IMG/VR virus record: IMGVR_UViG_3300043436_003324
DNA: 64,000 bases
Origin: a virus
Reading direction: 5' to 3' (one strand)
Shown here: positions 49,782 through 58,553 of the stretch, piece by piece
How the letters are laid out: each line of letters starts with the position of its first letter
How positions within the stretch are numbered: position 1 is the stretch's first letter
Notes under the pieces: generated by a model
What the model saw: only the letters and a program-made list of their open reading frames with translations
Told to the model about the DNA's origin: nothing
Database searches by the model: none
Translations under genes and position numbers: made by a program

Positions 49782-50561
49782 ATGATAAAAACTATTATAC
49801 ATTTTTCTGATTTACATATAAGATTATTTAAAGATCACGACTTATATAAATCAATTTTAGAAGAAGCGATTAATCAATGGAAAGAAATTAAACCTGATAG
49901 AATTGTATTCACAGGAGATTTAGTACACTCTAAAAATCAAATGACACCTGAGCTTATTGAAATGGTTTCTTGGATATTAAAAGAATGTTCATACATTGCG
50001 CCAACAATTATAATACCAGGTAATCACGATTTCTTAGTTAATAACACAGAAAGATTAGATGCACTTTCACCCGTAATTAATTCACTAAACAACCCAAATA
50101 TATTTTATTACAGAGATAGGGGTGTGTATGAGGATGAAAATATAAGTTGGTGTGTCTATTCTCAATATCAAGGAAACATACCACCTGATTTAAATGTTGC
50201 AACTGGAATTAAGGTTGGATTATTCCATGGACCAATATCAGGACTTAAAACTGATTTAGGTTTTGAATTTGGGGAAGAGGCGTATGATGTTGAAAAGTTT
50301 GATGGACTTGATGTTGTTTTATGTGGAGATATTCACAAAAGAGCGGAATTTAAGTTTAAGACAGGTAAAGGTTATATGATTGGATCAACAATACAAAACA
50401 ATATTGGTGAAAGTATCGGTAGACATGGTTATGGTGTTTATAATGTTGAAACAAACGACTATACTTATAGAGACTTGTTTAACCCAAAACCTTTTTTAAA
50501 ATTCTCAATGAAGTCATTTGAAGATATTGAAAAAGGAACGGAAAAAATACAAAATTTTTAA
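49782..50561 (+). CDS. sbcD: SbcD/Mre11/gp47-like metallophosphoesterase nuclease
   Basis: HFSDLH, GDLVH, PGNHD, LFHG, GDIH; start moved from TTG 49776 (inside the promoter octamer) to ATG 49782. Confidence 0.88.
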   Translation: MIKTIIHFSDLHIRLFKDHDLYKSILEEAINQWKEIKPDRIVFTGDLVHSKNQMTPELIEMVSWILKECSYIAPTIIIPGNHDFLVNNTERLDALSPVINSLNNPNIFYYRDRGVYEDENISWCVYSQYQGNIPPDLNVATGIKVGLFHGPISGLKTDLGFEFGEEAYDVEKFDGLDVVLCGDIHKRAEFKFKTGKGYMIGSTIQNNIGESIGRHGYGVYNVETNDYTYRDLFNPKPFLKFSMKSFEDIEKGTEKIQNF

Positions 50562-50564
50562 TTA

Positions 50565-51323
50565 ATGGAATTACCAAAAGACTTAAAAGACAAAGTTTGG
50601 AATTATTGTAGATTAAATGATATAACCGACGTAAACGGTTTTATTATTAAAACAATAAAAAAAGGGTTAGATGTTGAAGTTTATGGGTTTTTGGGTAAAA
50701 CACTTAATGAAGGTGAAAAAGACTTAAAAACGGATAACGAAGGTGAAAAAGACTTAATAGATTCAAGAAAAACATGCGGGATTGAAGAAAAACGTGCGGA
50801 AATTGAGGTAATCCGAGAAATACGGGTGGAAGTACCCGTTGAAGTTATAAGGGAGGTTGAGAAAATAGTTGAAATTATCAAGGAAATTGAGGTAATCAAG
50901 GAAGTTACTGTGGAAGTACCTGTTGAGAAAATTGTCACAAAAATAGAATATATTAGTGACAAAACAAGTGAGAATGAACTATTGTTAAAAATACAACAGT
51001 TGGAAGATAATATTTTCCACTTAAATGATGAAATAGACACGGAAAGACAAATATTTTCCACTAAGACAGAACAAGTGGAAAATATTTTCCAAAATGAAAT
51101 GTCTAAAAAGGATAAAGAGTTAGACGAACTTAGACGTAATTTAGACATTAAAAAAGATGACGACCAAGTAAAGTTACTTCAAGAGACACTACAGAAATTA
51201 AGAAAAGAGATTTCAGAAAAAAATAAAAAAATAGAAGAGTTAGAAAAAATAAACAAAGAACCTAACAATAATGCGATGAACGCATTTTTTATGAAAGGAT
51301 CAAACTTAAAAGATATATTATGA
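50565..51323 (+). CDS. Coiled-coil protein with EVPVE/EKIVE repeats
   Basis: RVEVPVEVIREVEKIVEIIKEIEVIKEVTVEVPVEKIV; 30-bp-period duplication NEGEKDL near 50706-50757. Confidence 0.75.
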   Translation: MELPKDLKDKVWNYCRLNDITDVNGFIIKTIKKGLDVEVYGFLGKTLNEGEKDLKTDNEGEKDLIDSRKTCGIEEKRAEIEVIREIRVEVPVEVIREVEKIVEIIKEIEVIKEVTVEVPVEKIVTKIEYISDKTSENELLLKIQQLEDNIFHLNDEIDTERQIFSTKTEQVENIFQNEMSKKDKELDELRRNLDIKKDDDQVKLLQETLQKLRKEISEKNKKIEELEKINKEPNNNAMNAFFMKGSNLKDIL

Positions 51324-51721
51324 TAGAATTAGTAATTTGGGCAATGGTTGCCTATGGTATGACAAACATTTTAGTTTATGGGTCAATATTTAACGGATTA
51401 AGAAACTCAATCCATAAATGGGGAAATAATAAATATGCTCCCTTTAATCACTTTGGTAAATTTTTATCTGAATTAATATCTTGTGTTTTATGTACATCTA
51501 CTTGGGTAGGGTTCTTCCTGTCCTTGGCGTACTTTTCTCCGAACACTTGTTTCATTGGACTTAATAAATATTTATCGGTATTTTTTGATGGGATATTATC
51601 CGCAGGTTTTGTGTGGGCAATAAATTCTATAATTGAATGGTTTGAAGAAAACAGACCAATGAAACAAAATCAATATGTTGAAGAAACAACAGAAACTGAA
51701 GAACAAATTTTAAACGATTAA
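51320..51721 (+). CDS. Membrane protein, DUF1360-like
   Basis: Three hydrophobic segments, LISCVLCTSTWVG. Confidence 0.6.
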   Translation: MIELVIWAMVAYGMTNILVYGSIFNGLRNSIHKWGNNKYAPFNHFGKFLSELISCVLCTSTWVGFFLSLAYFSPNTCFIGLNKYLSVFFDGILSAGFVWAINSIIEWFEENRPMKQNQYVEETTETEEQILND

Positions 51722-51733
51722 ATAATAAATAAA

Positions 51734-51967
51734 ATGGGAAAAAAAGATAAAGAACACAGAGCAAAGGTCGCAAAAAGAAATGCAAAAGTAAAAGAACAAA
51801 AATCAGGAATGCAAAAAGCATTTGATATGTTAATGAAACAACAAATAGAAAGATTGCAAGAAAATAATGGGGTTGACGTTAGTTTATCGGGACAACCATT
51901 AACTTTTAATGTTGTTGATCAAGATACTCCTGAAATTAATGAAGAAAATAAGGAAGAAGACAAATAA
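51734..51967 (+). CDS. Hypothetical protein (77 aa)
   Basis: Basic N-terminus, acidic C-terminus; clean ORF. Confidence 0.7.
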   Translation: MGKKDKEHRAKVAKRNAKVKEQKSGMQKAFDMLMKQQIERLQENNGVDVSLSGQPLTFNVVDQDTPEINEENKEEDK

Positions 51968-51970
51968 TAA

Positions 51971-54346
51971 ATGGATCTCTTTAATCCACCAAAAATATAC
52001 AACTACAAAATTATGATAAAAGATTTAGACTTTACTAAGTTTGAAAACCCAACAATACAAGTTGTTTGGGAGGACTTACAAGAAAATTTTACTCAAGATA
52101 AAATTAAAAGTGTTAAATACTATTTTCAAAAAAAATATAATACAACAAACGTCAACGTATTAACAAAAGTTAAAAACGTAGATCAAGAAACAATGCAAAC
52201 AGTTGATGTGTCTGTTAATATCACTGATAGTAATTATCAAATAGATCTTTTGAAAAATTTTTTACAATCTAAAGGTTATGATAAAAACTTAGACCAAATA
52301 TTAGATCTAAACAGAACTGTAGAACATAAAATGGAAGAAGGTGACGTTGACGTAACCCAATTTAAAAAATGGTACATTAGAAACATTGAGTTCTCAAATT
52401 TTCTATCCTATGGTGAAAATCAAAAATTAGATTTTGATACTTTAAATGGATTAATTGTTGTTGAGTCCGACCCCCCAAATTTTGGAGGGAAAACAGTTTT
52501 GTCTGTGGACTTATTAATGTTCTTATTCTTTAATGAGACAACAAAAACAACCAAGGCCGAAGAAATCTTTAATCGATTTACCGATAAAGACTCGGTAGTT
52601 GTTAAAGGTGAAATTACAATTGATGGTGAAGATTATATAATCTTAAGAAAAATTGAAAGAAAGAAATCAAAAAAAGGTGATTGGAATGTAAAAACAGAAT
52701 TAGATTTCTTTAAAAAACTTTCCGACGGTAGTTTACAAAATTTTACTGGTGAACAAAGAAGAGAAACCGAAGCTTTCATTAAAAATTCTATTGGAACAAA
52801 AGAAGATTTTTTAATGACAATACTTACAACTTCGACAAATCTTGAAGAGTTGTTGGAGTCAAAACCAACTGCAAGAGGACAAGTCCTATCAAGATTTATG
52901 GGTCTTGAGTTTTTAAAAAGGAAAGAGGAGGTTGCGAAAGAAATATATAGTTCGTTTGGAAAATCAAAACTATCAAATTTGTATAGTTCTGAACAATTAA
53001 AAACGGATATAGAAACTTATGTGACTAAAATCGTTGAATACAATGATCAGATTGAGGAAAACAAAAAAGAACTAGAGGACATCGAAGATAAGATATCCAA
53101 AGGTAAAGAATATCGTGACGATATGTTAAAGAAAAAACATAACGACATTGATAAAGAAATTGCTCTGATGAACCCTGATAAAACTCAAGACGAGGTTGTT
53201 AAGTTAAAAAAAGAAAAAGAAGAATTCTTAGTTAAGTTAACCGAACTTAAAGTTATTGAACCATCTTCGTTTTATTATGAGGATGATCACGATAAAGTTA
53301 AAGATGAATACAACAAATCATTTAAACAAATGGTTGAGGTTGAAAGTAAGATTAAATCAATTGAAGAATTAAAGAGTTCTGTTGACGGTGGAATCAAATG
53401 TGAACACTGTGGAATTGACTTAATGATGGCCTCAATCACACAATCTAAAATTGCCGAACTTGATGGTTATATCATGCAAAAAGACCAAATTTATACCATA
53501 ATGCAGGTTTTAACCGGCACAGAACAAACATTTGTTAGACTTAAAAAAGAATTTGATGAGTATGAAAAAAACAAATTAATCAAAGAAAAATATGATTTAA
53601 GTGTGGAAAGTTGTGACCTTAAGATTAATGGTTTAAATGATAAATTAAAAAGATGGTCCGAAGTACAAGACAAGATTAAATTAAATACCCAAATAGACGG
53701 TCAATTAATAAAGGCAGATCTTCGTTTAGAGGAATTAGATAGATTAAAAAAGAATAAGAACACTGAAATATCTAACTGTGAATACAATATAAAAACAAAT
53801 GAAGAAAAAATAGAACATAATAAAAAATTAATCGTTAAAATAAAAGAAGAGGACGAAAAAGATAAAATTTATAAAATGTATCTTGAATCTTACGGAAAAA
53901 ATGGGGTATCAAAATCAATAATGAAAACTATGATGCCACTAATTAATTCTGAATTACAAAGATTAATGGAAGATAGTTCATATTTTAAATTGGAGGTGAG
54001 AATTAATGATAAAAGTGAGGTTGAATTTATTATGGTTGATAATGGAACTGGTATTGAAAAATTGATGGTTTCAGGTTCAGGTTACGAAAAAACAATTGCT
54101 TCGTTAGCGTTAAGATCGGTATTAAGTAAGGTTTGTTCGTTACCAAAACCAAATGTTGTTGTCTTTGATGAGGTATTTGGTAAAATATCTAACGATAATT
54201 TAGAAATGGTTTCCGAATTTTTCATCAAAATTAAGACATATTTTGATAAGATATTCCTTATTTCGCACAATCCTTTGGTTAATCAATGGGCAGACTCAAC
54301 GGTTAAGATATCCAAACAAAATAATGTCTCAAGACTATCAAAATAA
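51971..54346 (+). CDS. sbcC: SbcC/Rad50/gp46-like SMC ATPase with N-terminal extension
   Basis: IEFSNFLSYG, P-loop PNFGGKT, coiled coils, zinc hook CEHC, SGYEK signature, VVFDEVFG, LISH. Confidence 0.9.
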   Translation: MDLFNPPKIYNYKIMIKDLDFTKFENPTIQVVWEDLQENFTQDKIKSVKYYFQKKYNTTNVNVLTKVKNVDQETMQTVDVSVNITDSNYQIDLLKNFLQSKGYDKNLDQILDLNRTVEHKMEEGDVDVTQFKKWYIRNIEFSNFLSYGENQKLDFDTLNGLIVVESDPPNFGGKTVLSVDLLMFLFFNETTKTTKAEEIFNRFTDKDSVVVKGEITIDGEDYIILRKIERKKSKKGDWNVKTELDFFKKLSDGSLQNFTGEQRRETEAFIKNSIGTKEDFLMTILTTSTNLEELLESKPTARGQVLSRFMGLEFLKRKEEVAKEIYSSFGKSKLSNLYSSEQLKTDIETYVTKIVEYNDQIEENKKELEDIEDKISKGKEYRDDMLKKKHNDIDKEIALMNPDKTQDEVVKLKKEKEEFLVKLTELKVIEPSSFYYEDDHDKVKDEYNKSFKQMVEVESKIKSIEELKSSVDGGIKCEHCGIDLMMASITQSKIAELDGYIMQKDQIYTIMQVLTGTEQTFVRLKKEFDEYEKNKLIKEKYDLSVESCDLKINGLNDKLKRWSEVQDKIKLNTQIDGQLIKADLRLEELDRLKKNKNTEISNCEYNIKTNEEKIEHNKKLIVKIKEEDEKDKIYKMYLESYGKNGVSKSIMKTMMPLINSELQRLMEDSSYFKLEVRINDKSEVEFIMVDNGTGIEKLMVSGSGYEKTIASLALRSVLSKVCSLPKPNVVVFDEVFGKISNDNLEMVSEFFIKIKTYFDKIFLISHNPLVNQWADSTVKISKQNNVSRLSK

Positions 54347-54373
54347 TTAAAAAATATTTATTCATTAAAAATT

Positions 54374-54403
54374 CTGTAAATCAAAAAAAAACAACTATAT
54401 TTG
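54374..54403 (+). promoter_or_regulatory. Putative promoter CTG-N19-TATATTTG
   Basis: TAnnTTTG at 54396-54403 matches the Bacteroidota -7 element. Confidence 0.5.
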
Positions 54404-54451
54404 TACAACAATAACAGTATAGTTGTTTTAATTCTTACGAAAATTATAAAA

Positions 54452-54982
54452 ATGAAATATATCTTATTTATCTACCGTTGTGACGATAAAAAAAACAAAA
54501 CCGAATTTGTCGGAGGAATTGCTCAAGAATTAAGTCCAATTGTTAAATCAGACGAAATTAAATTTGTTTTTGGTGATACAAACGCGGTTTACCATTTTGA
54601 AACAGAAATGTCATTTCCTGAATTGAATATCTATTTGGAATTAGTTAGTAAAGACTTTGATGACTTTACGTACTTCTTAATCCCAAAAGGAAGGAATTTT
54701 GCAAGTAATATTGAGAAACAAAATTTAGACCACCTAATGGATCTTTATCCAAATAAGAAAAAAAGAAAAAGTAATAAAGGTATCTTTGAATTACCTAAAA
54801 TTGAACTCAACGAAGAGGAGTTTATAAAAAATTATCTATCATCTGTTGATTATAAGGAAAAAAATGAAGATATTTGTATCCTTACAGTTGATGAGATATT
54901 AGATAAAATAACAGATAATGGTATTAACTCTTTAACTAAATCAGAAAAAAATAAACTTGACGAATATTCTAAAAACGTATAA
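54452..54982 (+). CDS. Hypothetical protein with C-terminal DUF6576-like helix pair
   Basis: LTVDEILDKITDNGINSLTKSEKNKL; start placed at ATG 54452 because tracked TTG 54401 overlaps the promoter motif. Confidence 0.7.
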   Translation: MKYILFIYRCDDKKNKTEFVGGIAQELSPIVKSDEIKFVFGDTNAVYHFETEMSFPELNIYLELVSKDFDDFTYFLIPKGRNFASNIEKQNLDHLMDLYPNKKKRKSNKGIFELPKIELNEEEFIKNYLSSVDYKEKNEDICILTVDEILDKITDNGINSLTKSEKNKLDEYSKNV

Positions 54983-54983
54983 T

Positions 54984-55784
54984 ATGAAAGACAAAAATGT
55001 TGGGGCACCAATAAACCAAGAAGAAATTCAACACTACCTTAAAGACATTAGGAAAATAAAAGTTATGACTCCCGATAGAGAAAAGGAAATGGCAAAACTT
55101 ATGAAGTCAGATGAAATAAGTGTGGACCAAAGAAAACAAATTGAGGAAGAATTACTTAGAGGTAACTTACGTTTTGTGATAACAGTCGCAAAACAATACC
55201 AAAACCAAGGATTGGATCTTTCAGATTTAATCGCTGAAGGTAATTTAGGTCTTATGAAGGCAATTAAACACTTTGATTGGAATAAGGACTTAAGATTTAT
55301 CTCATACGCAGTGTGGTGGGTTAAACAATCTATAATCCAATCATTAAATGATAACGCAAGAACAATAAGACTACCAGTTAATGTTGTTCAGGATCTACAA
55401 AGAGCAAAGAAAGAGTTAGAACAAACAGGTAAAAAACTTGAAGATAAGTTCTCATCTTTACCATCAATAATTGATTTAGATATGAAAATTAATGATGAAG
55501 GAGATACTTTAATTGACATGATCTCAAACCCAGATGCCGAACAACCTGATTCAGCATTTAATACTAAAGATTTATTAAAAGATAAATTAATGTCTTTGTT
55601 AAATGTTTTAGACGATCGTGAAAAAATAATTGTTGGAGATTATTTTGGGTTAACAGGAACACCAAGAACCCTTGAGGACATTGGGACTGATTTTGGCCTA
55701 ACAAAAGAAAGAGTTAGACAGATTAAAGAAAAAGCGTTACGAAGACTTAGAAATGGTGGTTCTGTATTATTTGAATATATTTAA
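54984..55784 (+). CDS. Sigma-70 family RNA polymerase sigma factor (RpoD/RpoS-like, no region 1.1)
   Basis: YLKDI (1.2), NLRFVITVAKQY...DLIAEGNLGLMKA...FISYAVWWVKQ (2), TLEDIG...LTKERVRQIKEKALRRL (4.2). Confidence 0.93.
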   Translation: MKDKNVGAPINQEEIQHYLKDIRKIKVMTPDREKEMAKLMKSDEISVDQRKQIEEELLRGNLRFVITVAKQYQNQGLDLSDLIAEGNLGLMKAIKHFDWNKDLRFISYAVWWVKQSIIQSLNDNARTIRLPVNVVQDLQRAKKELEQTGKKLEDKFSSLPSIIDLDMKINDEGDTLIDMISNPDAEQPDSAFNTKDLLKDKLMSLLNVLDDREKIIVGDYFGLTGTPRTLEDIGTDFGLTKERVRQIKEKALRRLRNGGSVLFEYI

Positions 55785-55804
55785 ATAATTTTTCATACTT
55801 TTTG

Positions 55805-55835
55805 TTTGGTGGTTTAAAAAAAATCATTACCTTTG
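55805..55835 (+). promoter_or_regulatory. Bacteroidota-type promoter TTTG-N19-TACCTTTG
   Basis: Exact match to the -33 TTTG / -7 TAnnTTTG consensus with 19-nt spacer. Confidence 0.7.
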
Positions 55836-55858
55836 TAATGTATCTAAAACGAAATATT

Positions 55859-56305
55859 ATGACAACTGACATCATCAAAGTAACTGAAGGGACAATGTCC
55901 GGAGATGTATTCTACGGATCTTTTAACACAAACATCAAAGGTAAAAGAATTACCGTTGGGGTATCTAACCACCTTAAAGATGTGAACAAAGAATACGAAT
56001 TCCGTATCGCAAATAAATGTCAGGCAGGGTTTATCAATATCCACGACACTAAAGGAACCGCAGAATCAGTAATCCGTGGATACCAAAAAAACTCATTGGT
56101 TAATATCCAAGCAAAAAATGAGTACGGATACTGGATGAACGTTTACACTGTCAAAGGAGGTAAATGGTACTCAATCGACAAAGGGTTCTTGGACGTGTTA
56201 ACCGTAGGAACTATGAGAGAGTCATTCCCTGATATGTGTGACATGGAATTGTGGGGTAGAATGGGAGCAAAAACTTGGGCAGACAAAGCATTTAAACAAA
56301 ACTAA
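55859..56305 (+). CDS. Hypothetical early protein (148 aa)
   Basis: Start moved to ATG 55859 downstream of the promoter. Confidence 0.7.
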   Translation: MTTDIIKVTEGTMSGDVFYGSFNTNIKGKRITVGVSNHLKDVNKEYEFRIANKCQAGFINIHDTKGTAESVIRGYQKNSLVNIQAKNEYGYWMNVYTVKGGKWYSIDKGFLDVLTVGTMRESFPDMCDMELWGRMGAKTWADKAFKQN

Positions 56306-56308
56306 AAA

Positions 56309-56644
56309 ATGGGAACTTACATCTATACATACAAGAAAAAATTTGATAAGAACGCAACCTTCAACGGAGAGAAGGTTGTTGTTGGACAAGCAACATTTAT
56401 GTGTCGTCAAGATTGGTCAGGTAATTACTCACCATCTGAGAAGAGAGAAATGACAAGAGCTTACGCTTTGACTAAAAATGACCAACCTGAATATATTACA
56501 TTCGATGGTGAAATGGTTTATAAAAATAATAAAAAAGGTGTTTGGTCGGACGGAAGTGGTTTTTATGGTGGTATTAATCACGAAAATGATTTTGTTGGGA
56601 AATTAGAAAAAGAAGGAAGAAAATACGTAGTTGAAACAAAATAA
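56309..56644 (+). CDS. Hypothetical protein (111 aa)
   Basis: Clean ORF in early cassette. Confidence 0.7.
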   Translation: MGTYIYTYKKKFDKNATFNGEKVVVGQATFMCRQDWSGNYSPSEKREMTRAYALTKNDQPEYITFDGEMVYKNNKKGVWSDGSGFYGGINHENDFVGKLEKEGRKYVVETK

Positions 56645-56655
56645 AAATAAGTGAT

Positions 56656-56838
56656 ATGGAAAAAGAAACAGTTGAAGAAGCAGCTACTAAAGTATTAGAT
56701 AGGAAATACCCTTACCATCGACCATCAGATGCAAGTTATTGGAAAGATATGTTTATATCAGGTGCTAAATGGATGGAAGAAGAGATGGAGAAGTTAAAAG
56801 ATTTTGATACTTGGAAGGAGTGGAAAAATAAAAATTAA
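56656..56838 (+). CDS. Hypothetical protein (60 aa)
   Basis: MEKETVEEAA...FISGAKW pattern typical of small phage ORFs. Confidence 0.65.
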   Translation: MEKETVEEAATKVLDRKYPYHRPSDASYWKDMFISGAKWMEEEMEKLKDFDTWKEWKNKN

Positions 56839-56858
56839 TAAAAAATATATAAATTAAA

Positions 56859-57305
56859 ATGGGAAGTGTAATTGACTTTATTGAATGTCCAAATTGTAAA
56901 CAAGAAGCCTTTAGTGATTTCTATTACAAAACAGGAGAAGAATATTTAAATTGTAACAATTGTGGATATCATAGATCTGGATTTTATAAAAGAGGTGAGG
57001 ATGGTAAATTTCTTACCGAGGATGGTACTGAAAATTACGCTTTTGATAATCTAATATGGGAAACTAATGAATTAAAAAATCCATACGGTTCTTACCGGTT
57101 AAAAGTTTATCAATCACCAGCAACTCAGTGTGGTTCTTTTGAAACTGAGGAACAATATAATGAATTTAAATCAAATCTTAATGAGGATGTTGAAATTGAA
57201 TTCTGTTCTGTGTCAAGATTTGTTGATGGTGAGATCAAAGTTGAAATGTTAATTGACAATGGTCCTGAAGTTGATTCTTCTGGCTTTACGATTGAAGATC
57301 GTTAA
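56859..57305 (+). CDS. Zinc-ribbon hypothetical protein
   Basis: CPNC...CNNCGY. Confidence 0.75.
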   Translation: MGSVIDFIECPNCKQEAFSDFYYKTGEEYLNCNNCGYHRSGFYKRGEDGKFLTEDGTENYAFDNLIWETNELKNPYGSYRLKVYQSPATQCGSFETEEQYNEFKSNLNEDVEIEFCSVSRFVDGEIKVEMLIDNGPEVDSSGFTIEDR

Positions 57306-57331
57306 TTTAAACTAACAACCCTATCATATAT

Positions 57332-57358
57332 AAACCCCCACCTAAAATGGGGGTTTTT
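57332..57358 (+). terminator. Rho-independent terminator
   Basis: Stem aaaccccca / tgggggttt, 7-nt loop, T-run. Confidence 0.85.
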
Positions 57359-57370
57359 CTTTATCTTTTA

Positions 57371-57377
57371 TATTTAT
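57371..57377 (+). promoter_or_regulatory. Putative late promoter TATTTAT
   Basis: 18 nt before ATG 57396. Confidence 0.5.
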
Positions 57378-57395
57378 TAAGTATAGTTTATTAAT

Positions 57396-58553
57396 ATGAA
57401 AGAAAAATTTTTACCTTGGTTTATGTTATTTTGTGCGTTGGGTTTATCTGGAACTGCAGCATATTATTCAGTAGTTGGTTTATCAATAGTATTTGTTGGT
57501 GTAGCATTACCCGTTATCATTATGGGATCATTCCTTGAAATATCCAAGATTGCAATTGCAACATACTTACACGATAAATGGAAAGAAACCTATGGTATTC
57601 TTAAGATTTACCTATCAATTGCTCTTATAGTACTATCTATAATTACCTCTTTAGGGATATACGGACTGTTAAGTACCGGTTTTCAGAGTAATATTGCAAA
57701 ACTTGAAATAAATGAAAAACAAGTTAAAAATATTGAAGTCAAAAAGAAACGATTTGATGAAGTTAAAGTTGAGTTAACCAAAGAAAAAAACACTTTAGAT
57801 GGAGACATTACTAAGTTAAGAGATGGGGTATCTAATAACACAACAACACAATCTATAGATAGAAGAACCGGACAGGTAATTACAAGAGCCAACGAAGGTA
57901 ATAGAAAATTATTTGAATCTCAATTATCGCAAGCACAAGTTAGAAGGGACACTATAGCAAAAAGAATTGATAATATGAATGATAGTATCACACAACTTGA
58001 TATTGATATTTTAAACATGGAATCAAAAGAAATTTCAGGAAGTGAATTGGGAGCTCTAAAGTATGTTAGCGAACTACTTGATTGGGATATTAAAAGAACG
58101 GCAAATCTTTTTATTTTAATTCTGATATTTGTATTTGATCCATTGGCAATCACGTTAGTTATTGCGACAAACCAAGCGTTTAAAGGAAAAAGAAAAGACG
58201 AACTTACCCCCCAAGTTACCCCCCAAGTTACCCCCCAAGTTACCCCCCAAGTTATCCCCCAAGTTACCATACATGATGAGGTTGAGATTCCTGAAAGTTA
58301 TTTAACTCATCATACCCCTCAAGTTACCGACGAAGTACCGACTAAGTACCGACTAAGTACCGACGAAGTAAAAAAGGTTTGGGAAAGGGTTAAAAAATTA
58401 AGAAAAAAAGGTTTATTACCTCTTGAACAAACAGAAGAAGAAAAGATTGATGAACCTACCGCATTGGCATTTACCCCATATGAAATTGAAGATTTGGGGG
58501 AAACCGACTATGTTGAAGAAAACAATAAGAAAAGATTGATTTATAAAAAATAA
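57396..58553 (+). CDS. Membrane protein: 3 N-terminal TM helices, coiled coil, 4th TM, repeat-containing tail
   Basis: AAYYSVVGL...IMGSFLEISK...W pattern; TPQV repeats. Confidence 0.8.
   Translation: MKEKFLPWFMLFCALGLSGTAAYYSVVGLSIVFVGVALPVIIMGSFLEISKIAIATYLHDKWKETYGILKIYLSIALIVLSIITSLGIYGLLSTGFQSNIAKLEINEKQVKNIEVKKKRFDEVKVELTKEKNTLDGDITKLRDGVSNNTTTQSIDRRTGQVITRANEGNRKLFESQLSQAQVRRDTIAKRIDNMNDSITQLDIDILNMESKEISGSELGALKYVSELLDWDIKRTANLFILILIFVFDPLAITLVIATNQAFKGKRKDELTPQVTPQVTPQVTPQVIPQVTIHDEVEIPESYLTHHTPQVTDEVPTKYRLSTDEVKKVWERVKKLRKKGLLPLEQTEEEKIDEPTALAFTPYEIEDLGETDYVEENNKKRLIYKK
58204..58263 (+). repeat. 12-bp tandem repeat ttaccccccaag x5 (TPQV)
   Basis: Four perfect copies plus one with a single mismatch. 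Confidence 0.95.
58333..58365 (+). repeat. 11-bp tandem repeat aagtaccgac(t/g) x3
   Basis: Units at 58333, 58344, 58355; non-triplet unit, 33 nt total keeps the frame. Confidence 0.9.

Noticed and set aside
58204-58365. Tandem repeats as a CRISPR array
   Set aside because: Units are 11-12 bp, directly adjacent with no unique spacers, and lie inside a CDS
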